Source: Eutreptiella sp. 'Long Island Sound 2002'
Lineage: Eukaryota > Protista > Euglenida
Assembly: GCA_964036045.1 (NCBI GenBank)
Contig: OZ038378.1
Span: 4,154,001-4,218,000, forward strand
Length of the DNA: 64,000 nucleotides
Direction of reading: 5' to 3'
Of this stretch, positions 33,979 through 58,599 are shown one piece after another. A program made the translations under genes and the position numbers. How positions within the stretch are numbered: the stretch's first letter is position 1; the number at the start of each line of letters is the position of its first letter. Below the pieces are notes generated by a model. That model was not told where the DNA came from. It saw only the letters and a program-made list of their open reading frames with translations, and did not search any database.

Positions 33979-35439
33979 CAACAGTTGCCATTGATAGTCT
34001 CATCAACATTATTTGGATTTGTCCTATGTCCCGCGGGAGATCAGCTGATGTTCTCATTTTGGAATTGTAAAGGGCCGAAAAGGTACAAGTCCGCCTCCAT
34101 CTTGTGGTGCTGTTCATTGGTTGAAAGACCCTCACTGAGCGGCAATGGGAGTACAATAATTTTCGTCGGAGTACAGTGTTGTCTAGGGGACTACTGCCTA
34201 AAATTAGCACGCCCTGCTTGCGCAGTGCAAGGCCCCCCCCCTTTATTTTGGGAGGTGGGGTTTCGGCGGCCAGCATGGTGATTCATAGGGGTATAGGAGT
34301 CGCAATTGTGCCTGCAAATATGGAATGGTGCATGATGAGGTTTTACGTTGTATGTTTGGTGAGATCTAGGAACAACGAAAGGCGATGGGCTAGGAGAGTA
34401 CAAGGCAACGCATTATGGCAATTGTGTACATGAAGTTCTTCCTTTCTTGGACTCGTGCTTTACACTTTGTGTAATACTCTTAGCCTATTGATGCATCTGT
34501 GAGCAGTTGTTCTTTTGCACCGTTTCTCGCCGTGCTTGCTCACCTACCCACCTACCCACCTAAGCATGTGGCTTCTGAGTTCATTTGCCATAAGTGCTCC
34601 CGTGAGATCAATGTGTGGCGGCCTGCGAGGGAAGAACCGTGTATGTATCAAACAAACCATGGATCATACTACTCACCATTAGACGTAGACATTGTGACTC
34701 ACAGAAACAATGAAGAGAGGGAAAAAAGTTTGTTTTTTTCAGGATGTCGACGAATGTCAACAGTGCTTTGACTCATGATTGCGCCACCCCACAAGAACCG
34801 GCTTTTTGTTCAATTGGCTCATCATCGAACACCCCATTGAACACCCCTCTTCCGAGGTTGGAGGTGCTTGCATGGTAGCATCCAAGAGATTTTGGTATCG
34901 TTTTGACATTTTTCAGGTCTAAAGGTTGATGGGCAACGTCTACATGAGGCAAATCAACCCTCCACAATTGGGTGAAAAATTCACCCTGAAATTGATCCAA
35001 ACCCGTTGTTTTTGCTACCTGGGATGTTGTCATCATGTGACATCACCACCCCAAAATGTGTTTTTTTCGGTTGGAAAATGGAAATTGTTACTTGTTACCT
35101 CCATTGGCACAAGGGTCTTGCCGTGGTTCGAAAAACAGGTCACACTCCTATGAAACACTAGGTTAACCCGTTTTTCCGGTAGTAAAACGGGTTACCTTGC
35201 CTAGAAAAACGGTTTAATAGCCCATTTTACAGCCAGGAACACGGGGTTAACCCCCTGCCAAAATTGTGGAAAGGTTGACCCGTTTTTCTTTGCAAAAAAA
35301 GGGCGGGCTATTAACCCCCTTTTAATGCATTTGGTGCAACACCATAAGTACCGTAAACGCATTCGGTTGTGGACAATGAAATATTGGCCCGCATGGATGC
35401 GAGATACAGAATTCCCTGTTGCCCTTCATTCTAATCACA

Positions 35440-36330
35440 ACGGTACCCTCTCTTCCAAGTCTTCTCTTGTGCCTGCTTTGTTCTTCCACAACTGCTTTCT
35501 CTTGTCAGCTAGCCTTACATGCGGCATCCTTTCTGGCGAGGGTTTTCCCAACACCGCTTTCGTGAGCCTTTTTTGGCTAAGGCACCCAAAGAAAAATTTA
35601 TCACCATTTGGTTCAAGATTTGGAGATTTTGACATGTCACCCTTCATTCTTGAAAGATTGGGGCTCCAAAAAGGCTCACGTGAAAGTGGTGTTGGGAAAA
35701 ATCTCACCAGATGCCACATCGCAAACCCATCTTCTGGAATCCCAGAAACCCCTATCACCACGTCTTCAGGGGCAACATAACACAATCCATAGCGCACTTC
35801 CTTCCCATAACACAATCCATGTTCGGCTAGCTGACAAGGGAAGGAAGTTGTGCAAGAACAAAGCAGACACAAGAGAAGATTGGGAAGAAAGGGTACCGAT
35901 GTGATTAAGAACGAAGGGCAACATGTCGAAATCTCCAAACCTGGAACCAATTGGTGGTGAAAATTTTCTTTCGGTGCCTTAGCCAAAAAAGGCTCAAATG
36001 AAAGTGGTGTTGGGTAAACCCTCGCATGAAAGGATGCCACATGTAAAGAAATGCGCAAACCAAGGGTACAGCACAAAGCGTCTTTAGTGGTCTTGAGGAA
36101 AGCCACAATCTTTTCACAAAAATTGACTTATGTGTTGCTTCAACAAGTCGGTGCACAAGGAGGGAATAGTTCTTTTGGGGCTTGAACATGTATGCACATC
36201 AAACAAATTTTGACCGCAGCACCGGAAAACAACGATGTCTGGTGGGTTAACAAATGCTGCAGTGCCGCTGTTCCGGCAAGGGTGTGTCAAAATCTCCAAA
36301 TCTTGAACCAAATGGTGATAAGGTAAATAC
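35440..36330. repeat. ~230-bp repeat unit present in both orientations (inverted and partial copies)
   Basis: 35441-35515 is the reverse complement of ~35826-35900; 35516-35646 is the reverse complement of ~35914-36047; partial copies at ~35665-35720 and ~36284-36322. Confidence 0.85.
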
Positions 36331-38675
36331 CTCAAAATGTTCTTTCGCCACCTTTGGAGCCACAATGTAATCTCATTGTTATAAAAATCCGGATTTTTTG
36401 AATTTACCTTTGATGTGGCTCCAAATGGTCATGGGCATGTACGCACGGAGAAGACAAATTGGTGGCCAAAAATGGCGACATGACCCGGAGGGTCTTGGGG
36501 TCACCCAAGGTGGAGAGGAGTGATGTGGCTTCATGCCCGTTTTGGGGTCTTCCAAGGAGGACAGGACCAACAATGCAAAATCCTTGTCATATGGGGGTCT
36601 CAACAGCAGAGAGGACCAAGAATGGTTACACCATCTCTGCCGTACTTATCGCCCCAGAGGGAGGTGGGTCAAAATTCTTTTTCACACCTTTCTTGAACGT
36701 GCTTGATTTCAGCATCTCTTCACTTTCTCCCCTGCTCACCTGCGTGCCAGGCCCACGGGGAGTTTTGCGCTATCGCGAAGACGTCTGTCGCAAACTTTGC
36801 AGCAAAAAGAGGTGTCACAGCGCCAGAGTGTGCCAACAGATATTTTCAGACAATTTCCAACGGTTCCACGGATTTCTTTGCTTATTGGATTTGCTTTTTC
36901 TCTTTTGTGCGATCCACCTCGCCAATTCATTTCTGAAACCGTCGAATAGCTCCCGCCACATCGGTGCATGTAAGGTCCTCCTCATACATCGGGAGCAAGG
37001 CTTGCCGAAAATGTCGCGGATCTTAGCGTTGCGACACTTCCCTCGTCTTGCAAAAATTGAACATAACATGCCGACAATTGTCGTCGATATCCCGTCAACG
37101 GCTCAAAAAAGAAAAAAAAGAAGCTGGGACGAAAATCGTCCTCACCTTTGCGTCGCATAGTAGCACAACGGTTTTTTGTATTTTTCAATCCGACGAACGA
37201 AACTTTGGGTGCGCATTGCATGAAGGTTCTTTTTCCTTCTCTTTGGGGCACGAACCTCGATTTTGTGATTCATCGGCTTGAAATCGCGCTACTTTAATAC
37301 TTGCATGTCATCGCGCAGAAGTATACGTTACACATCATATCCTCGACGTTGGGGCATGAATGTCACCATGTCCAAGACAAGGGCCTTTCGCTTTGTGCAT
37401 TGCACGTTGAATTTCCGTGTTAAAATTGTCTCTTCATCGCCACCAACATGCATCGGGACGCATCTTCTCGGTTCCATTGAACCACACACCCACAAATTCT
37501 ATTCCATGCGACAAATCCGCGTTGACACGTAAGGTAATGGCCACAGGTACGTCGCGCGCTCATATTATCTTCGCTCTCCTCACACGCTTCCGCACGGGTC
37601 GGAATAATTGTGTTTGGGGAAAACGTTTGTCCAAAGAAGTGAAAAGAGAGAGATTGGCACGACAAAAGAACGAGAATCCGTGATCGAAGTTAGCAAAAGT
37701 GTGAAATGGCGTATGATGACGATCATGAAGAGCTCGGTTCCTACTGTTGTTCTCATAGCGTTTGATGCATTGGTGAGCAGCTTGTCATGTCCTCAATGCC
37801 ATGGAGATGGTGACGTGGTATGACGCCTTGTGACATGAAGATACGACGCTGCTACTACTACCAGACAATTCATTTCCGTTATGCTATGCGATGCTATGCT
37901 GTATGCTATGCGGGCACCCATGAGCACGTCGACTTGCTAGTTTCGCTTTGGGAGACTCTATGTCCTCCACGTCATATGCCTTACCATATCGGATCGGAGA
38001 TGCTCCTTGTAACCCACAATCATTTCAATTGGTAGACCAACCCAAGGGACACCTAAGGCTATGCTTTCCTTGCTTGCCTTGCATCGTGCACACAATGCGT
38101 TGAAGGGCGCTTGACGTTTTGATGGTTCTTGTCATGGACCCCATTCTACGAATGGCTAAGGGGGGTTGTTCACTGCCCGCATCCCCCCGCGACCGCCCGT
38201 GACCCGCAAAAAGATTTTGGTACCCTTTCGGGTCATGGACTTGCGCACAAATTTGTCGCCCAAATCCAGCTCCCATGTTGAGGATGTCCTCACAAAAACC
38301 CTTTGGTGGCGTACAACCCCCTGCGCGCACCTATGTGGGTAGGCCAAGTGCTGTGCCCCTGGCCCAGGCCAAAAGAAAAGATCCTTGTGCAAGCCGTACA
38401 CCTTGTAAATGATGGTAGCGAAATGCTCAAGGTCGGGGAGGCCATGAGTGTAGGCAAACCGGACCAAAGCGAACAATTGCACACCGTTTTTAGCTTTGTT
38501 TAGGCCTTCGCCGCCCTGTCCTACTGACAACATAAGTGGGCGCGGACAAGGGCCAATTACGGAAGGGTCCGGGAATGAGTAGTTTCCGCGTCAATTCTAA
38601 TGTGTGCACTGTAGCCGAAAGCTTATGATGCCCGAAACATCGCCCCACATGCTTCTTTCCCTAGCACACAGCACA

Positions 38676-41402
<2,727 letters not shown>

Positions 41403-42176
41403 TCGGATGTTGCGATGGCACAGGCCGGCGAGAGCGGCTCCACGGGATCTAACGGGTGAAGGGCCATTGAAGTGGCGAGGACGTGAACTGATTGTTTGTG
41501 TTCCCAAAAACGATCGTGCACCGTTGCATTATTACGTGCCCAGGCGTGTGCACAATTGAGTGTATCACTGCCAAAGAGCCAACCTATTATGTCAGTATCG
41601 ACGCACACAATTAATGCCAAGATGCGGGTGAGCAGATTGGTTGCATATATGAGCGCAGATGCGCTGCCATTCACATCATTCCTGCGTGGTCCCGGGTCAC
41701 GATGTCCGCCTGGTTTCTGATGCTACAAGCAGTGTTGTTGCATGTGTTTGCATGTGCCCCATCTCTTTCAAGGTCGATTTCTTGCCTTCAAATGGTGGAA
41801 GAAGCTAAACCAACTGCGGAGGTTGAGGAGGCGCTTGGGGTTCTTCATCTGAGGTAGCCACGTGACGACCTGTGCATCTGAGCTTGGGGAAAGGATTTGA
41901 ACAACACAATTGAAAGCCCAGACAAAGATGGGCCAATTTTATCAAGTTCTCCATGCCGGGCTACCTGCCCAAATCACTGGGAGTATGGCAGATATCCCCA
42001 ACAGACCCCCAACACCCGTCCCACAACAAAGAATAGGCATGTGATGGTGACCGCCCGATGCCTCATGATACTCTACATGACTGTAATTGGACTGGCTGGC
42101 TGTAGTCCTGCAAGCTAACACCACCACTGCCACTACCAGGAGAAACATCACGACCGCTAGCATCTGGCAGAGAACG

Positions 42177-42490
42177 CTCATCCTACGGCACTGCAACGCA
42201 CTTGTCGGGGACTTTGCAGGTGAACAGATGAACAGGTTGAGGTTGAGGGAGGCGAAAGCTAAGGCAATGCAAAGGTCTAGCGGCCTTAGCAGCCAGCTAA
42301 GCCATGAAGGATGTCCATGGACGAAGTAGGGGCCAAAAGCTTGCAAACGCATGGCTCACTGATGGGGCAAAAGGCATCTTAACCAGAGAGAGACCCACAC
42401 ACGACGCACCGTTGTGGCGTCTGCGTCTGTGGCACAAAAGGAGTGTCCCAAATGCAAACCACCATCAGCCATGTGCTGATCAGAAGGTCA
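42177..42490 (+). pseudogene. Degenerate LINE apurinic-like endonuclease (APE) remnant in the array spacer, unit 1
   Basis: LILRHCNALVGD differs by four point changes from LILGDFNARVG; followed by LANAWL (cf. IANTWF) and TISHVLIRR (cf. QIDHVLI). The same remnant occurs at 47933-48246, 53703-53982 (3' part deleted) and 59374-59687. Confidence 0.55.
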
Positions 42491-44452
42491 CACCCGTGCG
42501 TTCTGCGGTGAGGAAACAGTCTGCACCGGTCAGGAAAAGGCATGAGTTCCGGCTGCAGATAGAAGACGTGCACACCATCAGTGCACACACATTGGTCGTG
42601 AAAGAAATGGATCTTTTGCTGCAAATGCAACTCAGGAGCATCTGCCATACTGCCCCCCCCCCCTCTTGTCCAAAATCTGCGTCGTCATTCCATGGCCAGA
42701 CACCCTTGTCCCTTCTGAGACCATTTGTGAGGTCATTTTGTGGTGAACTAGTCGAGCCGCTTACCAGTGCTTCACTAACGCAGCAGTGGAATGAACCATA
42801 GATGGAACCTGGGTGATTCCGGGGACAGTAGCTGTCCAGGCTGTGCTATTGAGATCTCAGCATCTCGGGCACAAGGCGGGGGACATATTCGAGCTGCTAC
42901 CGTTCTCCCAGCCGCAGCTGAAAGGTCTCGGTGACAAAAGCTGACCCATTTCTTTTGGTGCAATGTTTGTTCTCCCACATTTGTCATCATCAAACCATCC
43001 CCCATGCCTTGAAAGGAGGGTTGGCCCATTGGGTTTTTGACAGTTGCTCTTGCACTGCTTCGTGCGGGGTCGCCCTTGTTAGAGTGGAATCCTCCACCCA
43101 CATCAGAGCAAACCAATGGCAATGTCAAACATGAGCAGCAAAGCACCCCCCCTCTTTTTTTTTTCGAGTGATTGGGGTTGTTTTGCATTATTTGCAGGCT
43201 GCAGATGCTGCATTATTTGCTCCGCTGTTTACTATGTTGTATTACAGCTTGAAGCCAATTCAATCAGGGCAGCCACATGGGAATGACTAAGTGTGAAGCA
43301 TGCCGGTGCTGGCATGGAAGGGAGGCCAAGGGGCAGAAGCAGCACTTGTAGGTAGAGGGACAACCGTCCCACTCTCACCTATGTCCTGAAAAATTCTTTT
43401 CCCCAGTGGCCTGGGACAAGCAATGCAGACAATTTCCCTCTGAAAACGCAAGGCAGTGAGCACACCTGGAAAGACTGACCGGAACACTTAACCTTTACGG
43501 CAAACCCTTCGCATGCATTACTTATGGGACCATGACGTTGATACTTTCCGTTTTACTGTTGGCAAAGCTCTTATAAATTTTGCTCATGCTCCTCTTTTTC
43601 CTCTCTCTGTTTGGCTGCTGATTTTAGGGGCAGGCTTTGGGGTTTGGGGCAATAAGGGACGCTGGGAATGCATGAATCATCTCCCATATCCCGTTTCCAA
43701 CGCAAAGTGCCACCAAAATCATGGAATAAGCCCCAAATCACATCGCCAGCCTTTGCCCATGCAATATGTAGGGCACGATTATCAGAACAGTGCATGCATC
43801 CACTGTTTGGACAAGCACCTGTTTGGAAGGGGGGGGGGGATTGGATGTGTTGCCAGGATGACGGTTTACTCTGGGGTGCGCATGCACATTCAGCAGATAT
43901 GGTCGAAATTTCAAGAATGCTGATCTATGGCGGTATGCCGGTAAGGCTTTGTGTAGTGTGTATTTTGTAGATTACTGTGTGTATGTTGTGTATTTTGTGT
44001 GTGTTTATTGATCTTTTCAGCATGAAAATGCTCAGCCTCGTTGTTTTTGGGGGACCTGGAGGATGCCCATTTGTGTTTGGTACAGTGCATGGATCCGTTT
44101 GGATGAAAAATCTTGAAAAGCCTGAAATCTGGACTGAACAGGCTGTTTTGCACCAGGAAAGCACATATATCTGAGCACCATTGCATGGATATTTCATTTG
44201 CTACCATTTGACGTATTTGGTGAATGTCTGTCACGTTGTTATCCTTGCACTCTGTTTTGCATGCTGGGGCGCCGTTTCTATGCGCTGTTGCATGCGTCCA
44301 GTGCACTCTGTTTACAGGCACGTTTCCCTGACTGCATCCCTCCGCCAAACCCTCCCTCTTGTGCCGGGGTGCAAGTGATCTGTAAACCGAAGGGGTGGTG
44401 TATGTAGAGAGCATCTCCCATATGACTCATACTTCCAGCAGCACACAGCACA

Positions 44453-47158
<2,706 letters not shown>

Positions 47159-50100
47159 TCGGATGTTGCGATGGCACAGGCCGGCGAGAGCGGCTCCACG
47201 GGATCTAACGGGTGAAGGGCCATTGAAGTGGCGAGGACGTGAACTGATTGTTTGTGTTCCCAAAAACGATCGTGCACCGTTGCATTATTACGTGCCCAGG
47301 CGTGTGCACAATTGAGTGTATCACTGCCAAAGAGCCAACCTATTATGTCAGTATCGACGCACACAATTAATGCCAAGATGCGGGTGAGCAGATTGGTTGC
47401 ATATATGAGCGCAGATGCGCTGCCATTCACATCATTCCTGCGTGGTCCCGGGTCACGATGTCCGCCTGGTTTCTGATGCTACAAGCAGTGTTGTTGCATG
47501 TGTTTGCATGTGCCCCGTCTCTTTCAAGGTCGATTTCTTGCCTTCAAATGGTGGAAGAAGCTAAACCAACTGCGGAGGTTGAGGAGGCGCTTGGGGTTCT
47601 TCATCTGAGGTAGCCACGTGACGACCTGTGCATCTGAGCTTGGGGAAAGGATTTGAACAACACAATTGAAAGCCCAGACAAAGATGGGCCAATTTTATCA
47701 AGTTCTCCATGCCGGGCTACCTGCCCAAATCACTGGGAGTATGGCAGATATCCCCAACAGACCCCCAACACCCGTCCCACAACAAAGAATAGGCATGTGA
47801 TGGTGACCGCCCGATGCCTCATGATACTCTACATGACTGTAATTGGACTGGCTGGCTGTAGTCCTGCAAGCTAACACCACCACTGCCACTACCAGGAGAA
47901 ACATCACGACCGCTAGCATCTGGCAGAGAACGCTCATCCTACGGCACTGCAACGCACTTGTCGGGGACTTTGCAGGTGAACAGATGAACAGGTTGAGGTT
48001 GAGGGAGGCGAAAGCTAAGGCAATGCAAAGGTCTAGCGGCCTTAGCAGCCAGCTAAGCCATGAAGGATGTCCATGGACGAAGTAGGGGCCAAAAGCTTGC
48101 AAACGCATGGCTCACTGATGGGGCAAAAGGCATCTTAACCAGAGAGAGACCCACACACGACGCACCGTTGTGGCGTCTGCGTCTGTGGCACAAAAGGAGT
48201 GTCCCAAATGCAAACCACCATCAGCCATGTGCTGATCAGAAGGTCACACCCGTGCGTTCTGCGGTGAGGAAACAGTCTGCACCGGTCAGGAAAAGGCATG
48301 AGTTCCGGCTGCAGATAGAAGACGTGCACACCATCAGTGCACACACATTGGTCGTGAAAGAAATGGATCTTTTGCTGCAAATGCAACTCAGGAGCATCTG
48401 CCATACTGCCCCCCCCCCCTCTTGTCCAAAATCTGCGTCGTCATTCCATGGCCAGACACCCTTGTCCCTTCTGAGACCATTTGTGAGGTCATTTTGTGGT
48501 GAACTAGTCGAGCCGCTTACCAGTGCTTCACTAACGCAGCAGTGGAATGAACCATAGATGGAACCTGGGTGATTCCGGGGACAGTAGCTGTCCAGGCTGT
48601 GCTATTGAGATCTCAGCATCTCGGGCACAAGGCGGGGGACATATTCGAGCTGCTACCGTTCTCCCAGCCGCAGCTGAAAGGTCTCGGTGACAAAAGCTGA
48701 CCCATTTCTTTTGGTGCAATGTTTGTTCTCCCACATTTGTCATCATCAAACCATCCCCCATCTCTTGAAAGGAGGGTTGGCCCATTGGGTTTTTGACAGT
48801 TGCTCTTGCACTGCTTCGTGCGGGGTCGCCCTTGTTAGAGTAGAATCCTCCACCCACATCAGAGCAAACCAATGGCAATGTCAAACATGAGCAGCAAAGC
48901 ACCCCCCCTCTTTTTTTTTTTCGAGTGATTGGGGTTGTTTTGCATTATTTGCAGGCTGCAGATGCTGCATTATTTGCTCCGCTGTTTGCTATGTTGTATT
49001 ACAGCTTGAAGCCAATTCAATCAGGGCAGCCACATGGGAATGACTAAGTGTGAAGCATGCCGGTGCTGGCATGGAAGGGAGGCCAAGGGGCAGAAGCAGC
49101 ACTTGTAGGTAGAGGGACAACCGTCCCACTCTCACCTATGTCCTGAAAAATTCTTTTCCCCAGTGGCCTGGGACAAGCAATGCAGACAATTTCCCTCTGA
49201 AAACGCAAGGCAGTGAGCACACCTGGAAAGACTGACCGGAACACTTAACCTTTACGGCAAACCCTTCGCATGCATTACTTATGGGACCATGACGTTGATA
49301 CTTTCCGTTTTACTGTTGGCAAAGCTCTTATAAATTTTGCTCATGCTCCTCTTTTTCCTCTCTCTGTTTGGCTGCTGATTTTAGGGGCAGGCTTTGGGGT
49401 TTGGGGCAATAAGGGACGCTGGGAATGCATGAATCATCTCCCATATCCCGTTTCCAACGCAAAGTGCCACCAAAATCATGGAATAAGCCCCAAATCACAT
49501 CGCCAGCCTTTGCCCATGCAATATGTAGGGCACGATTATCAGAACAGTGCATGCATCCACTGTTTGGACAAGCACCTGTTTGGAAGGGGGGGGGGATTGG
49601 ATGTGTTGCCAGGATGACGGTTTACTCTGGGGTGCGCATGCACATTCAGCAGATATGGTCGAAATTTCAAGAATGCTGATCTATGGCGGTATGCCGGTAA
49701 GGCTTTGTGTAGTGTGTATTTTGTAGATTACTGTGTGTATGTTGTGTATTTTGTGTGTGTTTATTGATCTTTTCAGCATGAAAATGCTCAGCCTCGTTGT
49801 TTTTGGGGGACCTGGAGGATGCCCATTTGTGTTTGGTACAGTGCATGGATCCGTTTGGATGAAAAATCTTGAAAAGCCTGAAATCTGGACTGAACAGGCT
49901 GTTTTGCACCAGGAAAGCACATATATCTGAGCACCATTGCATGGATATTTCATTTGCTACCATTTGACGTATTTGGTGAATGTCTGTCACGTTGTTATCC
50001 TTGCACTCTGTTTTGCATGCTGGGGCGCCGTTTCTATGCGCTGTTGCATGCGTCCAGTGCACTCTGTTTACAGGCACGTTTCCCTGACTGCATCCCTCCG

Positions 50101-50208
50101 CCAAACCCTCCCTCTTGTGCCGGGGTGCAAGTGATCTGTAAACCGAAGGGGTGGTGTATGTAGAGAGCATCTCCCATATGACTCATACTTCCAGCAGCAC
50201 ACAGCACA

Positions 50209-52928
<2,720 letters not shown>

Positions 52929-55878
52929 TCGGATGTTGCGATGGCACAGGCCGGCGAGAGCGGCTCCACGGGATCTAACGGGTGAAGGGCCATTGAAGTG
53001 GCGAGGACGTGAACTGATTGTTTGTGTTCCCAAAAACGATCGTGCACCGTTGCATTATTACGTGCCCAGGCGTGTGCACAATTGAGTGTATCACTGCCAA
53101 AGAGCCAACCTATTATGTCAGTATCGACGCACACAATTAATGCCAAGATGCGGGTGAGCAGATTGGTTGCATATATGAGCGCAGATGCGCTGCCATTCAC
53201 ATCATTCCTGCGTGGTCCCGGGTCACGATGTCCGCCTGGTTTCTGATGCTACAAGCAGTGTTGTTGCATGTGTTTGCATGTGCCCCGTCTCTTTCAAGGT
53301 CGATTTCTTGCCTTCAAATGGTGGAAGAAGCTAAACCAACTGCGGAGGTTGAGGAGGCGCTTGGGGTTCTTCATCTGAGGTAGCCACGTGACGACCTGTG
53401 CATCTGAGCTTGGGGAAAGGATTTGAACAACACAATTGAAAGCCCAGACAAAGATGGGCCAATTTTATCAAGTTCTCCATGCCGGGCTACCTGCCCAAAT
53501 CACTGGGAGTATGGCAGATATCCCCGACAGACCCCCAACACCCGTCCCACAACAAAGAATAGGCATGTGATGGTGACCGCCCGATGCCTCATGATACTCT
53601 ACATGACTGTAATTGGACTGGCTGGCTGTAGTCCTGCAAGCTAACACCACCACTGCCACTACCAGGAGAAACATCACGACCGCTAGCATCTGGCAGAGAA
53701 CGCTCATCCTACGGCACTGCAACGCACTTGTCGGGGACTTTGCAGGTGAACAGATGAACAGGTTGAGGTTGAGGGAGGCGAAAGCTAAGGCAATGCAGAG
53801 GTCTAGCGGCCTTAGCAGCCAGCTAAGCCATGAAGGATGTCCATGGACGAAGTAGGGGCCAAAAGCTTGCAAACGCATGGCTCACTGATGGGGCAAAAGG
53901 CATCTTAACCAGAGAGAGACCCACACACGACGCACCGTTGTGGCGTCTGCGTCTGTGGCACAAAAGGAGTGTCCCAAATGCAGATAGAAGACGTGCACAC
54001 CATCAGTGCACACACATTGGTCGTGAAAGAAATGGATCTTTTGCTGCAAATGCAACTCAGGAGCATCTGCCATACCCCCCCCCCCCTTGTCCAAAATCTG
54101 CGTCGTTATTCCATGGCCAGACACCCTTGTCAGGCACTTCTGAGACCATTTGTGAGGCCATTTTGTGGTGAAGTAGTCGAGCCGCTTACCAGTGCTTCAC
54201 TAACGCAGCAGTGGAATGAACCATAGATGGAACCTGGGTGATTCCGGGGACAGTAGCTGTCCAGGCTGTGCTATTGAGATCTCAGCATCTCGGGCACAAG
54301 GAGGGGGACATATTTGAGCTGCTACCGTTCTCCCAGCCGCAGCTGAAAGGTCTCGGTGACAAAAGCTGACCCATTTCTTTTGGTGCAATGTTTGTTCTCC
54401 CACATTTGTCATCATCAAACCATCCCCCATGCCTTGAAAGGAGGGTTGGCCCATTGGGTTTTTGACAGTTGCTCTTGCACTGCTTCGTGCGGGGTCGCCC
54501 TTGTTAGAGTAGAATCCTCCACCCACATCAGAGCAAACCAATGGCAATGTCAAACATGAGCAGCAAAGCACCCCCCCTCTTTTTTTTTTTCGAGTGATTG
54601 GGGTTGTTTTGCATGATTTGCAGGCTGCAGATGCTGCATTATTTGCTCCGCTGTTTGCTATGTTGTATTACAGCTTGAAGCCAATTCAATCAGGGCAGCC
54701 ACATGGGAATGACTAAGTGTGAAGCATGCCGGTGCTGGCATGGAAGGGAGGCCAAGGGGCAGAAGCAGCACTTGTAGGTAGAGGGACAACCGTCCCACTC
54801 TCACCTATGTCCTGAAAAATTCTTTTCCCCAGTGGCCTGGGACAAGCAATGCAGACAATTTCCCTCTGAAAACGCAAGGCAGTGAGCACACCTGGAAAGA
54901 CTGACCGGAACACTTAACCTTTACGGCAAACCCTTCGCATGCATTACTTATGGGACCATGACGTTGATACTTTCCTTTTTACTGTTGGCAAAGCTCTTAT
55001 AAATTTTGCTCATGCTCCTCTTTTTCCTCTCTCTGTTTGGCTGCTGATTTTAGGGGCAGGCTTTGGGGTTTGGGGCAATAAGGGACGCTGGGAATGCATG
55101 AATCATCTCCCATATCCCGTTTCCAACGCAAAGTGCCACCAAAATCATGGAGTAAGCCCCAAATCACATCGCCAGCCTTTGCCCATGCAATATGTAGGGC
55201 ACGATTATCAGAACAGTGCATGCATCCACTGTTTGGACAAGCACCTGTTTGGAAGGGGGGGGGGGATTGGATGTGTTGCCAGGATGACGGTTTACTCTGG
55301 GGTGCGCATGCACATTCAGCAGATATGGTCGAAATTTCAAGCATGCTGATCTATGGCGGTATGCCGGTAAGGCTTTGTGTAGTGTGTATTTTGTAGATTA
55401 CTGTGTGTATGTTGTGTATTTTGTGTGTGTTTATTGATCTTTTCAGCATGAAAATGCTCAGCCTCGTTGTTTTTGGGGGACCTGGAGGATGCCCATTTGT
55501 GTTTGGTACAGTGCATGGATCCGTTTGGATGAAAAATCTTGAAAAGCCTGAAATCTGGACTGAACAGGCTGTTTTGCACCAGGAAAGCACATATATCTGA
55601 GCACCATTGCATGGATATTTCATTTGCTACCATTTGACGTATTTGGTGAATGTCTGTCACGTTGTTATCCTTGCACTCTGTTTTGCATGCTGGGGCGCCG
55701 TTTCTATGCGCTGTTGCATGCGTCCAGTGCACTCTGTTTACAGGCACGTTTCCCTGACTGCATCCCTCCGCCAAACCCTCCCTCTTGTGCCGGGGTGCAA
55801 GTGATCTGTAAACCGAAGGGGTGGTGTATGTAGAGAGCATCTCCCATGTGACTCATACTTCCAGCAGCACACAGCACA

Positions 55879-58599
<2,721 letters not shown>

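Larger units (their letters stand above)
32590..34170 (+). pseudogene. Harbinger/ISL2EU-like transposase remnant split by a 1.3-kb insertion
   Basis: The left part HVDSMPIASIGGMLCDVPFNPNQASCI (first catalytic D region, to ~32680) joins YRATVAIDSLINIIWICPMSRGRSADVLI (from 33972), then RLHLVVLFIG*KTLTERQWEYNN. This aligns to LGNIIWICPLAPGTSANVLI...RLHVIVPFIGRKNDALTARQPCYN at 23350-23553. The HDG motif region is deleted. Confidence 0.75.
32384..35323 (+). mobile_element. Candidate internally deleted Harbinger/ISL2EU-like element (second copy), with a nested insertion
   Basis: Imperfect inverted ends AAAAGGGCTGTAATAACCCCCTTT (32384-32407) and AAAGGGCGGGCTATTAACCCCCTTTT (35298-35323); related subterminal hairpins at 32423-32483 and 35160-35197; transposase remnant inside. 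TSD not resolved. Confidence 0.45.

Noticed and set aside
36459-37560. 233-aa plus ORF and a stop-interrupted minus frame with a faint transposase-like flavour
   Set aside because: I could not identify catalytic motifs with acceptable spacing; left unannotated.
38025-38330. ILNMGAGFGR resembling a SAM-binding motif I in a 101-aa minus ORF
   Set aside because: Single short motif with no downstream methyltransferase motifs; could occur by chance.
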